Below are positions 47,815-60,239 of a stretch of DNA of 64,000 bases, in pieces (positions within the stretch are counted from its first letter, which is position 1; each line of letters starts with the position of its first letter). The stretch comes from Mobula hypostoma. Lineage: Eukaryota. The notes beneath the pieces are model-generated. The model was not told the DNA's origin, ran no database searches, and saw only the letters and a program-made list of their open reading frames with translations. The position numbers and the translations under genes are program-made. The stretch spans positions 806,001 to 870,000 of the forward strand of contig NC_086098.1 of assembly GCF_963921235.1 (NCBI RefSeq). The letters are read 5' to 3'.

Positions 47815-48650
47815 AACCTTGGACTTCAGCTCCCAACTACAACCATCATTCAGTCACGATTTAGTGATGGCCACAACATCATATCTAACAATCTGATCAT
47901 CCACCTAATTTCTTATTCTCCTTGCATTGAGATATAACACTCTGAGTATTTGCTACCCCTTTGATTCTGCGCTGATACTAACCCTGCTGACTGCAATTTT
48001 GTCTTTCATCTGCCTGCCCTTCCTGACAGCCTGTCTGTATGCTATCTTTGCTTTTCTTACCATCCAGCCTAACCTGAGTGCCTTCATTTCAGTTCCCACC
48101 CCCTGCCAAATTAGTTTAAACCCTCCCCAACAGTTCTAACAAATTTGCCCATGAAAAATTTGGTTCCCCTTGGGTTCAGGTGCATCCCATCACATCTGAA
48201 CAGGTCATACCTTCCCCAGAGGAGATCCCAATATTCCAAGAGCCTGAAGCCCTGCCTCTTGCACCAGCTTCTCAGCCACACATTAATCTGCCAAATCATT
48301 CTGTTTCTACCCTCACTGGTGAGTGGCACAGGCAGCAATACAGAAATTACTACCGAGGTGGTCCTGCTTCTCAGCTTTTTACCAAGCTCTCTAAATTCTT
48401 TTTTCAGGACTTCTCTGCTTTTCTTTCCTATGTCATTGGTACCAATATGTACCAAAACATCTGGCTGTACTCCCTCCCTCTCCAAAATGCTGTGGATGGG
48501 ATCTGAGATATTCCTGACCCTAGCATCTGGGAGCCTCATTCCATTCGGGTGTTCCGATCATGTCCACAGAATCTCTTGTCTGTTTCTCTGGCTATTGAGT
48601 CCCCTATCACTACCGATCCCCTCATCTCCCTCTTTCCCTTCTGCACCACA
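47815..48650 (-). mobile_element. CR1 ORF1 esterase fragment and ORF1/ORF2 junction
   Basis: ORF 48111-48539 contains VHIGTNDIG and DGMHLNPRG (SGNH blocks). Confidence 0.88.
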
Positions 48651-48870
48651 GACCCAAGGCTTCAGCCAATGGGCCTCCTACTTTTGGACTTGCTGAACCT
48701 GGGCTTCGGCCAACATGCCTCCAAATTTCAGACGCGCTGACCCAGGACTTCAACCAATGGGCCTCGTCATCCTGACATACCAACCCAGGGATTCAGCTAA
48801 CGGGCATCCAAATTCTGGATTCGCTGGCCCATGACTTTGGTCAATGGGCCTCGACTCACCATCTTCAGTC
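48651..48870. repeat. Degenerate minisatellite, about 44-bp unit, about 5 copies
   Basis: GACCCAGGGCTTCAGCCAATGGGCCTC-like starts at about 48651, 48695, 48739, 48781 and 48826. Confidence 0.7.
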
Positions 48871-49014
48871 TTCAACCTTTGGTATTGACCCCAGAACTTG
48901 CCGATAATAGGACCCCGAACTCCAAGCCTTTAATTCAGGCCATGCACGGAGTTCACCCCCTTCAAAGCTTTTCTGCCTGTAGTCTCTCCTACATGCCCAT
49001 CATCCCCATTCCCT

Positions 49015-49495
49015 AGTGACCTGCACTGACTCCAATCACTCAAGGTCTCAAAGACTCCTAAGTCCATCTGCACCTCTGATGTTTCAACCTTCTCCCCATT
49101 TAGAAAACAATCCGCACTATTGTTCCTTTTATCAAAATACATTATCATGTATTTCCCAACACTGCATTATATCTGCCAGTTTTGTGCCCATTCTTCCAAT
49201 TTGTCTCAGTCCAGCTTCAATTGCATTGCTTCCTCAGCACTACCTACCCTCCATCTATCTTTGTATTATCCACAAACTTTGCCACAAAGCCATCAATTCC
49301 ATTATTTAAATCATTGATAAACAATATGAAAAGTAGCGGTCCCAATACTGACCCCTGAGGAACACCGTTAGTCACCAGCAGCTAACCAGAAAAGGCCCCT
49401 TTTTTCCCACGCGCTGCCTCCTGTCTGTCAGCCATTCCATTATCCATGCATACATCTTTGTTGTAATACCATAGGATTTTATCTTGTTAAGCACT
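49015..49495 (-). mobile_element. CR1 RT fragment
   Basis: Antisense of the [19 protein letters not shown] region. Confidence 0.85.
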
Positions 49496-49546
49496 TATAA
49501 AGAAGGCAAGACAGAGGCTATACTTTATTAATAGTACTGAAAAATA

Positions 49547-49840
49547 GTGTTGGCGCATGGCCAAGTCGTTAAGGCGTTTGTCTAGTGATTTGAAGGTCGC
49601 TAGTTCGAGCCTTGGCTGAGGCAGCGTGTATGTCCTTGAGCAAGGACACTTAACCACACATTGTTTTGCGATGACACCGGTGCTAAGTTGTATGGGTCCT
49701 AATGCTCTTCCCTTGGACAACATCGGTGGGGTGGAGAGGGGAGACCTGCAGCATGGGCAACTGCTGGTCTTCCATACAACCTTGCCCAGGCCTGCACACT
49801 GGAAACCTTCATGGTCTCATGAGACTAACGAATGCCAATA
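49547..49840 (+). mobile_element. tRNA-derived SINE with CORE-like segment
   Basis: Pol III box A TGGCCAAGTCG (49558-49568) and box B GTTCGAGCC (49603-49611), then GTCCTTGAGCAAGGACACTTAACC resembling the CORE-SINE central domain. Confidence 0.75.
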
Positions 49841-50026
49841 TAAACAACATAAAGCATTCCACATAATGTTTTGCTATTGAGAGATCCAAACTCTGCACAT
49901 GATAAAACTTCTCTCACTACCACAGTAATAAAGATGACAAATGAGAATTACAAGTTGTTATTCCATAAGCTCTTTGACAACCCATCCATAGCATTTGGTA
50001 TAAGACAAAGAACTCTGGTTAAACTT

Positions 50027-50432
50027 AGAAACATAGAAAACCTACAGCACAATACAGGCCCTTTGGCCCACAAAGCTGTGCCGAACACGTCCTTACCTTC
50101 AAAATTACCTAGGGTTACCCATATCCCTTCATTTTTCTAAACTCTATGTACCCGTCCAGGAGTCCTACTGTATGCGCCTCCACCACTATTGCTGGCAGCC
50201 TATTCCATACATTCACTACTCTCTGTGTAAAAAAAAAACTTACCCCTGATATCTCCTCTGTACCTACTTCATGCACCTTAAAACTGTGCCCTCTTGTACT
50301 AGCCATTTCAGCCCTGGGAAAAAGCCTCTGACTATCCACACGATCAATGCCTCTCATCATCTTACACACCTCTGTCAGGTCACCTCTCATCCTCCGAAAG
50401 CTCCAAGGTAAAAAGGCCAAGTTCACTTAACC
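50027..50432 (-). mobile_element. CR1 3' fragment (family B)
   Basis: RRMRGDL..RGHSFKV; tail at 50027. Confidence 0.9.
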
Positions 50433-50552
50433 GAAGGTTAACATAAGAACTTCAATAAAATACACAGATCTGTCTGTAAAATATTTAAGCATGGATTTCA
50501 AACATGTAACTTTAGGAGGAGGATTGTAACAGTATTACTGCGCAATAATACT

Positions 50553-53500
50553 CGGACGGAGAAGAGGAGAGCTGTCATCATTGGAGACTCTATAGTCAGG
50601 GGAGCAGACAGGAGATTTTGTGGACGTGAGAAGGACACCCGCATGGTTTGTTGCCTCCCGGGTGCCAGGATCTGGGATGTCTCTGACCGGGTGCACGACA
50701 TCCTGGTACGAGAGGGAAAGCAACTAGAAGTCGTGATACATGTTGGTACCAACGACACAGGCAGGAAGAGGGATGAGGTCCTGAAGTATGAGTTTTGGGA
50801 ACTATGCAGAAGGCTGAAGAACAGGACCTCAAGGATGGTGTTCTCAGGATTGCTGCCAGTGTTACGTGACAGTGATGGTAAGAATTGGAGGAGATGGCAG
50901 TTGAATGCATGGCTGAGGAGTTGGTGCAGGGAGCAGGGTTTTAGATTTTTGGATCATTGAGATCTCTTCTGGGGAAGGTGGGACCTGTACAGATTGGATA
51001 GGTGGCACCCGAACTCGAGGGGGAGCAATGTCCTTGCAGGTAGGTTTGCTAGCATGGTTCGGGAGGGTTTAAACTAATTTGCAAGGGGGATGGGACCCAG
51101 AGCGATAGAGCAGTGAAAGAAGTGCATGGAGTAAACCCAGATCTAACATATAGAGAGACTTTGAGGAAAGAGAAGCAGAATAAATGGTGTAAAGTTAGTA
51201 AGGTAGATGGGCTGAAGTGTGTGTATCTCAATGCAAGAAGCATCAGGAACAAAGGTGATGAACTGAGAGCTTGGATACATACATGGAATTATGATGTAGT
51301 GGCCATGACAGAGACTTGGCTGGCAACAGGGCAGGAATGGATTCTCAATATTCCTGGATTTCAGTGCTTTAAAAGGGATAGAGAGGGGGGGAAAGGGGGA
51401 GAGGAGTGGCATTACTTGTCAGGGATACTATTACAGCTACAGAAAGGGTGGGTAATGTACCAGGATCCTCTTTTGAGTCAGTATGGGTGGAAGTCAGGAA
51501 CAGGAAGGGAGCAGTTACTCTACTGGGGGTATTCTATAGGCCCCCTGGTAGCAGCAGAGATATAGAGGAGCAGATTGGGAGGCAGATTTTGGAAAGGTGC
51601 AAAAATAACAGGGTTGTTATCATGGGTGACTTTAACTTCCCTAATATTGATTGGCACCTGATTAGTTCCAAGGGTTTAGATGGGGCAGAGTTTGTTAAGT
51701 ATGTCCAGGATGGATTCCTGTCACAGTATGTAGACAGGCCGACCAGGGGGAATGCCATACTAGATCTAGTACTAGGCAATGAACTGGGTCAGGTCATAGA
51801 TCTCTCAGTGGGTGAGCATCTGGGGGACAGTGACTATGGCTCCCTGGCCTTTTGCATTATCATGGAATAGGATAAAATCAGAGAGGACAGGAAAATTTTT
51901 ATTTGGGGAAGAGCAAATTATGAGGGTATAAGGCTAGAACTTGTGGGTGTGAATTGGGATGATGTTTTTTCAGGAAAATGTACTATGGACATGTGGTCGA
52001 TGTTTAGGGATCTCTTGCAGGATGTTAGGGATAAATTTGTCCCGGTGAGGAAGATAAAGATTGGTAGGGTGAAGGAACCATGGGTGACAAGTGAGGTGGA
52101 AAATCTAGTCAGGTGGAAGAAGGCAGCATACATGAGGCTTAGGAAGCAAGGATCAGATAGGTCTATTGAGGAATATAGGGAAGCAAGAAAGGAGCTCAAG
52201 AAGGGGCTGAGAAGAGCAAGAAGGGGGCAGGAGAAGGCCTTGGCGAGTAGGGTGAAGGAAAATCCCAAGGCATTCTTCAATTATATGAAGAAAAAAAGGA
52301 TAACAGGAGTGAAGGTAGGACCGTTTAGAGATAAAGGTGGGAAGATGTATCTGGAGGCTGTGGAAGTGAGCGAGGTCCTCAATGAATACTTCTCTTCGGT
52401 ATTCACCAATGAGAGGGAACTTGATGATGGTGAGGTCAATATGAGTGAGGTTGATGTTCTGGAGCATGTTGATATTAAGGGAGAGGAGGTGTTGGAGTTG
52501 TTAAAATACATTAGGACGGATAAGTCCCCGGGGCCTGATGGAATATTCCCCAGGCTGCTCCACGAGACGAGGGAAGAGATTGCTGAGCCTCTGGCTAGGA
52601 TCTTTATGTCCTCGTTGTCCATGGGAATGGTACCGGAGGATTGGAGAGAGGCGAATGTTGTCCCCTTGTTCAAAAAAGGTAGTAGGGATAGTCCGGGTAA
52701 TTAGATCAGTGAGCCTTACGTCTGTGGTGGGAAAGCTGTCAGAAAAGATTCTTAGAGATAAGATCTATGGGCATTTAGAGAATCATAGTCTGATCAGGGA
52801 CAGTCAGCATGGCTTTGTGAAGGGCAGATCATGTCTAACAAGCCTGATAGAGGTCTTTGAAGAGGTGCCCAGGCACATAGATGAGGGTAGTGCAGTGGAT
52901 GTGATCTATATGGATTTTAGTAAGGCGTTTGACAAGGTTCCACACGGTAGTCTTATTCAGAAAGCCAGAGGGCATGGGATCCAGGGAAGTTTGGCCAAGT
53001 GGATTCAGAATTGGCTTGCCTGCAGAAGGCAGAGGGTTGTGGTGGAGGGAGTACATTCAGATTGGAGGATTGTGACTAGTGGTGTCCCACAAGGATCGGT
53101 TCTGGGACCTCTACTTTTTGTGATTTTTATTAACGACCTGGATGTCGGGGTAGAAGGGTGGGTTGGCAAGTTTGCAGACAACACAAAGGTTGGTGGTGTT
53201 GTAGATAGTGTAGAGGATTGTGAAAGATTGCAGGGAGACATTGATAGGATGCACAGAAGTGGACTGAGAAGTGGCAGATGGAGTTCAACCCGGAGAAGTG
53301 TGAAGTGGTACACTTTGGAAGGACAAACTCCAAGGCAGAGTACAAAGTAAATGGCAGGATACTTGGTAGTGTGGAGGAGCAGAGGGATCTCGGGGTACAT
53401 GTCCACAGATCCCTGAAAGTTGCCTCACAGGTGGATAGGGTAGTTAAGGAAGCTTATGGGGTGTTAGCTTTCATAAGTCGAGGGATAGAGTTTAAGAGTC

Positions 53501-54075
53501 GCGATGTAATGATGCTGCTCTATAAAACTCTGGTTAGGCCACACTTGGAGTACTGCTGTCCAGTTCTGTTCACCTCACTATAGGAAAGATGTGGAAGCAT
53601 TGGAAAGGGTACAGAGGAGATTTACCAGGATGCTGCCTGGTTTTTAAAAGTATGCATTATGATCAGAGATTAAGGGAGCTAGGGCTTTACTCTTTGGAGA
53701 GAAGGAGGATGAAAGGAGACATGATAGAGGTATACAAGATATTAAGATGAATAGATAGAGTGGATAGCCAGCGCCTCTTCCCCAGGGCACCACTGCTCAA
53801 TACAGTAGGACATGGCTTTAAGGTAAAGGGTGGGAAGTTCAAGGGGGATGTTAGAGGAAGGTTTTTTACTCAGAGAGTGGTTGGTGCGTGGAATGCACTG
53901 CCTGAGTCAGTGGTGGAGGCAGATACACTAGTGAAGTTTAAAAGATTTCTAGACAGGTATATGGATGAATTTAAGGTGGGGGGTTATATGGGAGGCAGGG
54001 TTTGAGGGTCGGCACAACATTGTGGGCCGAAGGGCCTATACTGTGCTTACTATTCTATGTTCTCTTTTCTATGTT
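50553..54075 (+). mobile_element. CR1 LINE (family A): ORF1 esterase, complete but disrupted ORF2, and 3' tail
   Basis: VIIGDSIVRG..VIHVGTND; GLKCVYLNARSIRNK; GDFNFPNIDW; VGKFADNTK; hairpin GGCC-GAAG-GGCC and a TTCTATG tail. Confidence 0.95.
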
Positions 54076-54240
54076 TAATAATCCTGAATCATTTTTGTTT
54101 ATAATTTGCTCCGTCATTACCAGGGCTTCAGCCCAATTTGCTCAAATCCAGTTACTCCGAACTTATTATCTTGTTAAGAAGTTTTCACCATGTTTTGATC
54201 TGAAAACTATTCCCTGCTCTCTCTCCATTTTCATTCTACA

Positions 54241-54752
54241 AACTCAGTGGCCACTTTATCAGGTACATCTGATTCATTAATGCAAATATCTAACCAGCCA
54301 ATCATGTGGCAGCAATGCAACACATAAAAGCATGCAGGCATGGTCGGAAGGTTCAGCCCAAACATCAGAATGGGGAAGAATTGTGATCCAAGTGACTTTG
54401 ACCATAGAATAATTATTGGTGTCAGACAAGATATCTGTGTATCTCAGAAACTGCTGATTTCCTGGGATTTTCATGTTTAGCAGTCTGTAGAGCTTACAGT
54501 GAATGGCCTGAAAACAAAAAACATTCAATGAGTAGCAGCTGTGTGGATGAAAATGCCTTGTTAATGAGAGAGGTCAGAGGAGAATGATCAGACTGGTTCA
54601 GGCTGACAGGAAAGTGACAGTAACTCAGATAACCACAGGTTGTTTGAACATCTCTGAATACACAGCTCGTCGAACCTCAACATGGATGGGCTATAACAGT
54701 AGAATTCCACACTGGATTCCACTCCTGTACCTGATAAAGTGGCCACTAAGTG
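54241..54752 (+). mobile_element. Non-autonomous Tc1/mariner derivative
   Basis: 26-bp TIRs ACTCAGTGGCCACTTTATCAGGTACA (54242-54267) and TGTACCTGATAAAGTGGCCACTAAGT (54726-54751), 1 mismatch, with TA on the right flank. Remnant N-terminal transposase (MGKNCDPSDFD.., RLVQADRKVTVTQIT). Confidence 0.88.
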
Positions 54753-55067
54753 TATCTGTCATTTGATAACAAGTTTACTTTGACTTTGACTTTTTTAGGT
54801 GCAGGATGTACTGAATAAAATGACCATTGAGTGTACTGTTCAGTTTTTCCTTCTTCCACTTTTTAAACCATTTTGAAATATCGTTTTTACGTTGTATACT
54901 TAGAGATGTGTTATTTTTGCAAATGGCAACCCCTGTAAACCAAGTGCATTTTTAATTATTCACTCAGAGCATGAGCTGTTGTACCTCTTCCTAGAGATGT
55001 TGCTTGGCCTCACCAGCAACTTTGATGTGTGTTGCATGAGCTGTTGCCCTTACATTCAAATGGGAAT

Positions 55068-55725
55068 GAACACAAAGAACATAAGAAATAGGAGCAGGAG
55101 TAGGCCATCCGGCCCATCAAGCCTGCCCTGCCATTCAATAAGATCATGGCTGATCTGTCTGTAAACTCAGCTCCATCTACCTGCCTTTTTCCCATAACCC
55201 TTAATTCCCTTACTATGTAAAAATCTATCTAACAGTTTCTTAAATATATTTAGTGAAGAAGCCTCAACTGCTTCCCTGGGCAGAAAATTCCACAGATTCA
55301 CCACTCTCTAGGAAAAACAATTTCTCCTCATCTCCATCCTAAATCATCGATAATATTGTGAGCAGCTTTGGGCCCTTATTTAGGAAAGGATGTGCTGGTG
55401 TGGGAAAGGGTCCAGAGGAGGTTGATGAGAATGATCCTAGCAATGAAAGGGTTAACATGTGATGAACATTTGATGGCTCTGGGCCTGTACTCCCTGGAGT
55501 GGTGAATCTGTGGAATTCATTGCCACAGACGGCTGTGGAGGCCAAGTCATTAGGTATATTTGAAGCAGTGTTGGATAGTTTCTTGATTAGTCAGGGCATC
55601 AAAGGTTATGGGGAGAAGGCAGGAGAATGGGGTTGAGAAGGAATATAAATCAGCCATGATGGAATGACAGAGCAGATCTGATGGACCAAATGGCCTAATT
55701 CTGCTCCTGTGTCTGAAGAGCTTGT
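55068..55725. mobile_element. Two CR1 3' ends (- 55068-55345, + 55350-55725)
   Basis: RVVNLWN motifs and CR1 3' UTRs; (TTCTTATG)n-type tail at 55068. Confidence 0.8.
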
Positions 55726-55881
55726 GATCTATTCTATTAATGTGTTTCTTAAGGCAATTGCCTTGTCCAGACAATCCTTCTCTGGGTTTTACTCACATTC
55801 CATCAATAAATTAACTTAAACGTATATACATTGTGCATGAAGGGTCTCAACCTAAACCATTGACTGTTCACTTCTCTCCAG

Positions 55882-57620
55882 TGTCACATACACGCAACCC
55901 CGTAAAAGTATCAGCAGCAATAGAACACACCTGGAGTCTGGTTTTGCTGTTAACAAAACACTATTTTATTAGTAACTACGTCAGATAGTAACTTAAACCA
56001 GGTAAATCAAGATTTAACGGTGTTATGCATATATAGTTGAATATATATAGATCCCCAAACTACTTCAAGCTTAGGTGGTAAGTGATACAGTCTCACAATG
56101 ACGTGGTAAGAAAATTCAGCTCAATCCTCAGGTTAATTAATGCAAGATATTTGTAATCCAAAGGCGAATGTTATGAGAAGGCAATTACGTTGATATTTCA
56201 CAAATTCCACAACAGCACTACAAAATAACAATAGCAGTAGGTTTCATCTCCGAAGTTGTTCCACTCCACACACGAAGTATCACCGACAGTGATCTTCAAT
56301 GAATATCCTTTCAACACAAATGGTACCACACCCGAATTCAGCTACGGTACATCCCAAAGTGGTAGCCACAGGATACTCAAACAGAATCCATGTATTGATT
56401 ATCACCAACAGTAGCTTATCACAAAGGGGACCATCTTAGAAACATAGAAACATAGAAAATAGGTGCAGGAGTAGGCCATTCGGCCCTTCGAGCCTGCACC
56501 GCCATTTATTATGATCATGGCTGATCATCCAACTCAGAACCCCGCCTCAGCCTTCCCTCCATACCCCCTGACCCCTGTAGCCACAAGGGCCATATCTAAC
56601 TCCCTCTTAAACATAGCCAATGAACTGGCCTCAACAGTTTGCTGTGGCAGAGAATTCCACAGATTCACCACTCTCTGTGTGAAGAAGTTTTTCCTAATCT
56701 CGGTCCTAAAAGGCTTCCCCTCTATCCTCAAACTGTGACCCCTCGTTCTGGACTTCCCCAACATCGGGAACAATCTTCCTGCATCTAGCCTGTCCAATCC
56801 CTTTAGGATCTTATACGTTTCAATCAGATCCCCCCTCAATCTTCTAAATTCCAATGAGTACAAGCCCAGTTCATCCAGTCTTTCTTCATATGAAAGTCCT
56901 GCCATCCCAGGAATCAATCTGGTGAACCTTCTTTGTACTCCCTCTATGGCAAAGATGTCTTTCCTCAGATTAGGGGACCAAAACTGCACACAATACTCCA
57001 GGTGTGGTCTCACCAAGGCCTTGTACAACCGCAGTAGTACCTCCCTGCTCCTGTACTCGAATCCTCTCGCTATAATCTTCAAGGGAACCACCATCCAGGC
57101 AAGGGTGGACACACCGGTAGATTCAACAAGGTTACCCCAATCACACACAACATGATAGCCACTTATCCAGTTGCACGACATATGAAATAACTCCAACAGT
57201 GATTTGCCACAAGAGTGCCTTTCTTCAGTGAACTACCACACCCAGACAAAGGGTAAATGCACATGTGGTATTCACAAAGGTTTTCCCCTCACCAGAGAAC
57301 TCACTCCTGTGGATTAACTACGTGGCAAACACACTTTCGTATTCAAATGGAATCAAACTCACCCTTACGGGCTACTTGGAGAGAGTCCAAACAGTGATCT
57401 CTTTGTAAATAGGTTTCTTCTAATTCAAACCTTACTCTCCCCTCTTCTCTGCCAACTTCTTCTAGTTGCAGTACTTAGTGAGAGTTGTATATCAATACTC
57501 TGGATCGATCTCAACTCACCCCTTTTGGGCTACTGAAAGTTTAAACCAGCAACCGACTCACTGGTGTCTTCCATTGACCGAATCCACCTTGACTCTGAGC
57601 ATGTGTCTCTCTGTGTGTGT
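55882..57620 (-). mobile_element. Probable long LTR-like repeat, interrupted by CR1
   Basis: Starts TGTCACA, has a minus-strand AATAAA near 55965, is non-coding with internal short repeats; the other end was not identified. Confidence 0.35.
56438..57074 (-). mobile_element. Young CR1 3' fragment
   Basis: Uninterrupted frame within ORF 56534-57196; 5-bp TSD ATCTT (56433-56437, 57075-57079); (TTTCTATG)n tail. Confidence 0.92.
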
Positions 57621-57829
57621 CCCTAAAAGGATCTTCCTCATTTCTTTTGGCTCCATGCATAGATTACCATTCTGATGTTCCAGAGACTAATTTTGTCCCT
57701 TGCAATCCTTTTGCACTTAAGATATCTGTAGACTCCCTTAGGTTTCGCTAGTTGGCTAGGATAACCTCAGCCTTCTTTTAGCCCTCCAGAGTTCCTTCTT
57801 CAGTGTTATTTTGCATTTCTCATACTTAT

Positions 57830-58075
57830 GTTCCTGAACCTGGTGGTGTCAGACCTGAGGCTCTTGTACCACCTTCCTTCTAGCAGTAGTGAGAAGAGAG
57901 CATGACCTGGATGGCCAGGGTATTTGATAATGGATGCTGCTTTCTTGTGGCAAGGCTCCTTGTATACGTACTCAGCTTTGTCTGATAGGAGAGGCTTTGT
58001 CTGTGATGGACTGGGCCATCAAAGGCTGGCTTTTTCATTCTTGAGCACTCGTGTTTCCATACCAGGCCAGGATGC
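57830..58075 (-). mobile_element. Rex1/Babar-like 3' fragment, old
   Basis: Antisense of the HPGHALFSLLL..YKSLRSDTTRFRN-type C-terminus. Confidence 0.65.
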
Positions 58076-58892
58076 ATGAAAGCAAAACCTACAACTGCCC
58101 TATTTCAATGTTTGGACAGTTGTCAGCTGAATAGAGAAATGCAGAGCTGCTAATGACTCTTTCACTCTATCTGAATGATTCCAAAAATGGCAATAAAAAT
58201 CTTTCTCTCACACACTTTTGTAATGAGATATGACTTAAAAGTCACACCTCACAAATCAACACATCCACCCATTAACCCACTGCACCACCACTACTTCCAC
58301 ATCGCCTAATATCACTCTATGTACAAGCAATTAGTCTACGTATACAAGTTACTTGTACATTACGTTTTATAAGCTGCATCAGATCCAGAGTAACAATCAT
58401 TTTTTTCTCATTTACACTTTTGTACTAAAGAATGACAAGAAAATAATCTTGAATCTTGAACCTTGAGGCTGCATCAGTGCATTTTCCAGTAGTTCATCTT
58501 TAAGAGTTGATTTTGTAATGTTTTGCAGTACTGAATTGCAGAGAGCAGCAAGTAGTGAAAATAGTGGCTTTCAGAATGGGAAAATATCAGAAAGTGGTGA
58601 AGTTCACATTTACTCTGTGCTAAAGAGATTAACACTAAATCTGGAAAGCATGTGGGTTTTGAACCAGTGAAATTGAAATTGGAGGCACTTTCTGGGCTCA
58701 GTTTGCTTCAAAGGAAAGACTTGGTGGCACTTTATGAGGTTTGTTTGCTTGGATTTCCATGGCAGAATCACCTTGCTAGATATGCTTTTTGTACATTTTA
58801 TGTCTTGCATGCTTTACTTGCTACATTTTGATTCGTATCTCCCAATGTGCCTGCTATATTATTCTAAGCTTCATTTCTGTCCTGTTTCCATT

Positions 58893-59205
58893 CATAAAAC
58901 CATAAGACATATTAGCAGAAATAGGCCATTCAGCCCATTATGTTGCCTCCACCATTGACTTGTGGCTGATTTACTATACTTCTCAAGCCCCTTCTCCTCA
59001 AGATCTTTGACATTCTTATTAACCAAGAACCTATCAACCTCCACTTTAAATATGCCCAGTAACTCGGCCTCCACAGATATCTGTGGCACTGAATCCCACA
59101 GATTTACCACCCTCTGACTAAAGAAATTCCTCATCTATCCTACAGGGATGTCCTTTTATTCTGAGGCTGTGTCCTCTGATACTAGACTCCCTGCTATAGA
59201 AAACA
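58893..59205 (-). mobile_element. CR1 3' end, old
   Basis: MRNFFSQRVVNLWDS. Confidence 0.82.
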
Positions 59206-59214
59206 TTCACCTCA

Positions 59215-59480
59215 CATATCACCTTTTACACCTATCACCTTCCAGCTTCTCAGTTCATCCCCCTCCTTCTCCCACCTGGCTTCACCTATCATTTTCTAGC
59301 TTGTACTCTTTGCCCTCCCCCCACCTTCTTATTCTGGTGGCTTCCCCCTTCCCTTCCAGTCCTGATGAAGGGTTTCAGGCCAAAACATCAACGGTTTATT
59401 CACTTTGATAGATGGTGCCTGAACTGTTTAGTTTTATGTGTTACCTTGTATTTCCAGCATCTGCAGAATCTCCTGTGTTT
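59215..59480 (+). mobile_element. Penelope-like terminal repeat
   Basis: Pyrimidine-rich tract, then CAGTC-CTGATGA-AGGGTTTCAGGCC-AAAA-CATC at 59357, and TTTCCAGCATCTGCAGAATCTC. Confidence 0.72.
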
Positions 59481-60239
59481 GTGTTTGTTTCTCTGTAATT
59501 ATGCATATGTTCTTTTATTTTGCTATTATTCCAATTGTCAAATCTCAGGTCTGAATTTGACTCAAATCTTGCTTCTTTTAAGATCCATTTGTAGTATTTT
59601 ATGTGAGAAATGCATTATAGAACTGACTCTACTCTCAAGCCTCGGTTATTTATCTTCCTTCAGTAAGGAAGCTCACTGTCAAATTGAAGATGTGATTTTG
59701 TGTGAGAAAACAGATTCAATTTGGCTTTCATACAGCCCAAGTACATGTATCAACAAAGAAAAAAGTAATATAACCCTCCTAGGGTATTAAAGAGTAAAAC
59801 TACATATTGCCCTTTCTGAATCGGAAAACATTAAAAAAAGAAATAATGAGTGGATGCCAGTTTTGACAGCTGTGGGATGAATGATGAGAGAGGAACATGA
59901 TTCTGGCAGTGAGATATCATTTGGGAAGCAACAGCCCGCACCCTGCCGATGGAACAGTAAGCGGAACAGGCGCTGACAGGCGACATGAGCACTCGACAGT
60001 GATGGCTGTTGAGGCTGACAGCTACACTTGCAGTCAATCAAGAGAGAATTCTGCACTGAGGCTGAACTGACTGATTTCCTTTAATATAACAGATACCCAT
60101 TTCTGCGGCAGGTTAACTGCAGATAGTTACATCAGCTCTAGTTGATATCAAGAGCATTGTTGGTTCGCAGACATAAAATGTCACTTGCAGACAAAACTAT
60201 TAAATATTTCTGATGTTTAAGAGCAGTGTTGTGTAGCCT

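Noticed and set aside
49547..49625. tRNA gene
   Set aside because: It has A and B boxes but no convincing acceptor stem or terminator, and it continues into SINE body sequence.
58529..58670. Plus-strand coding exon (TELQRAASSENSGFQNGK...)
   Set aside because: There is an acceptor-like site but no good donor and no recognisable homology; the support is insufficient.
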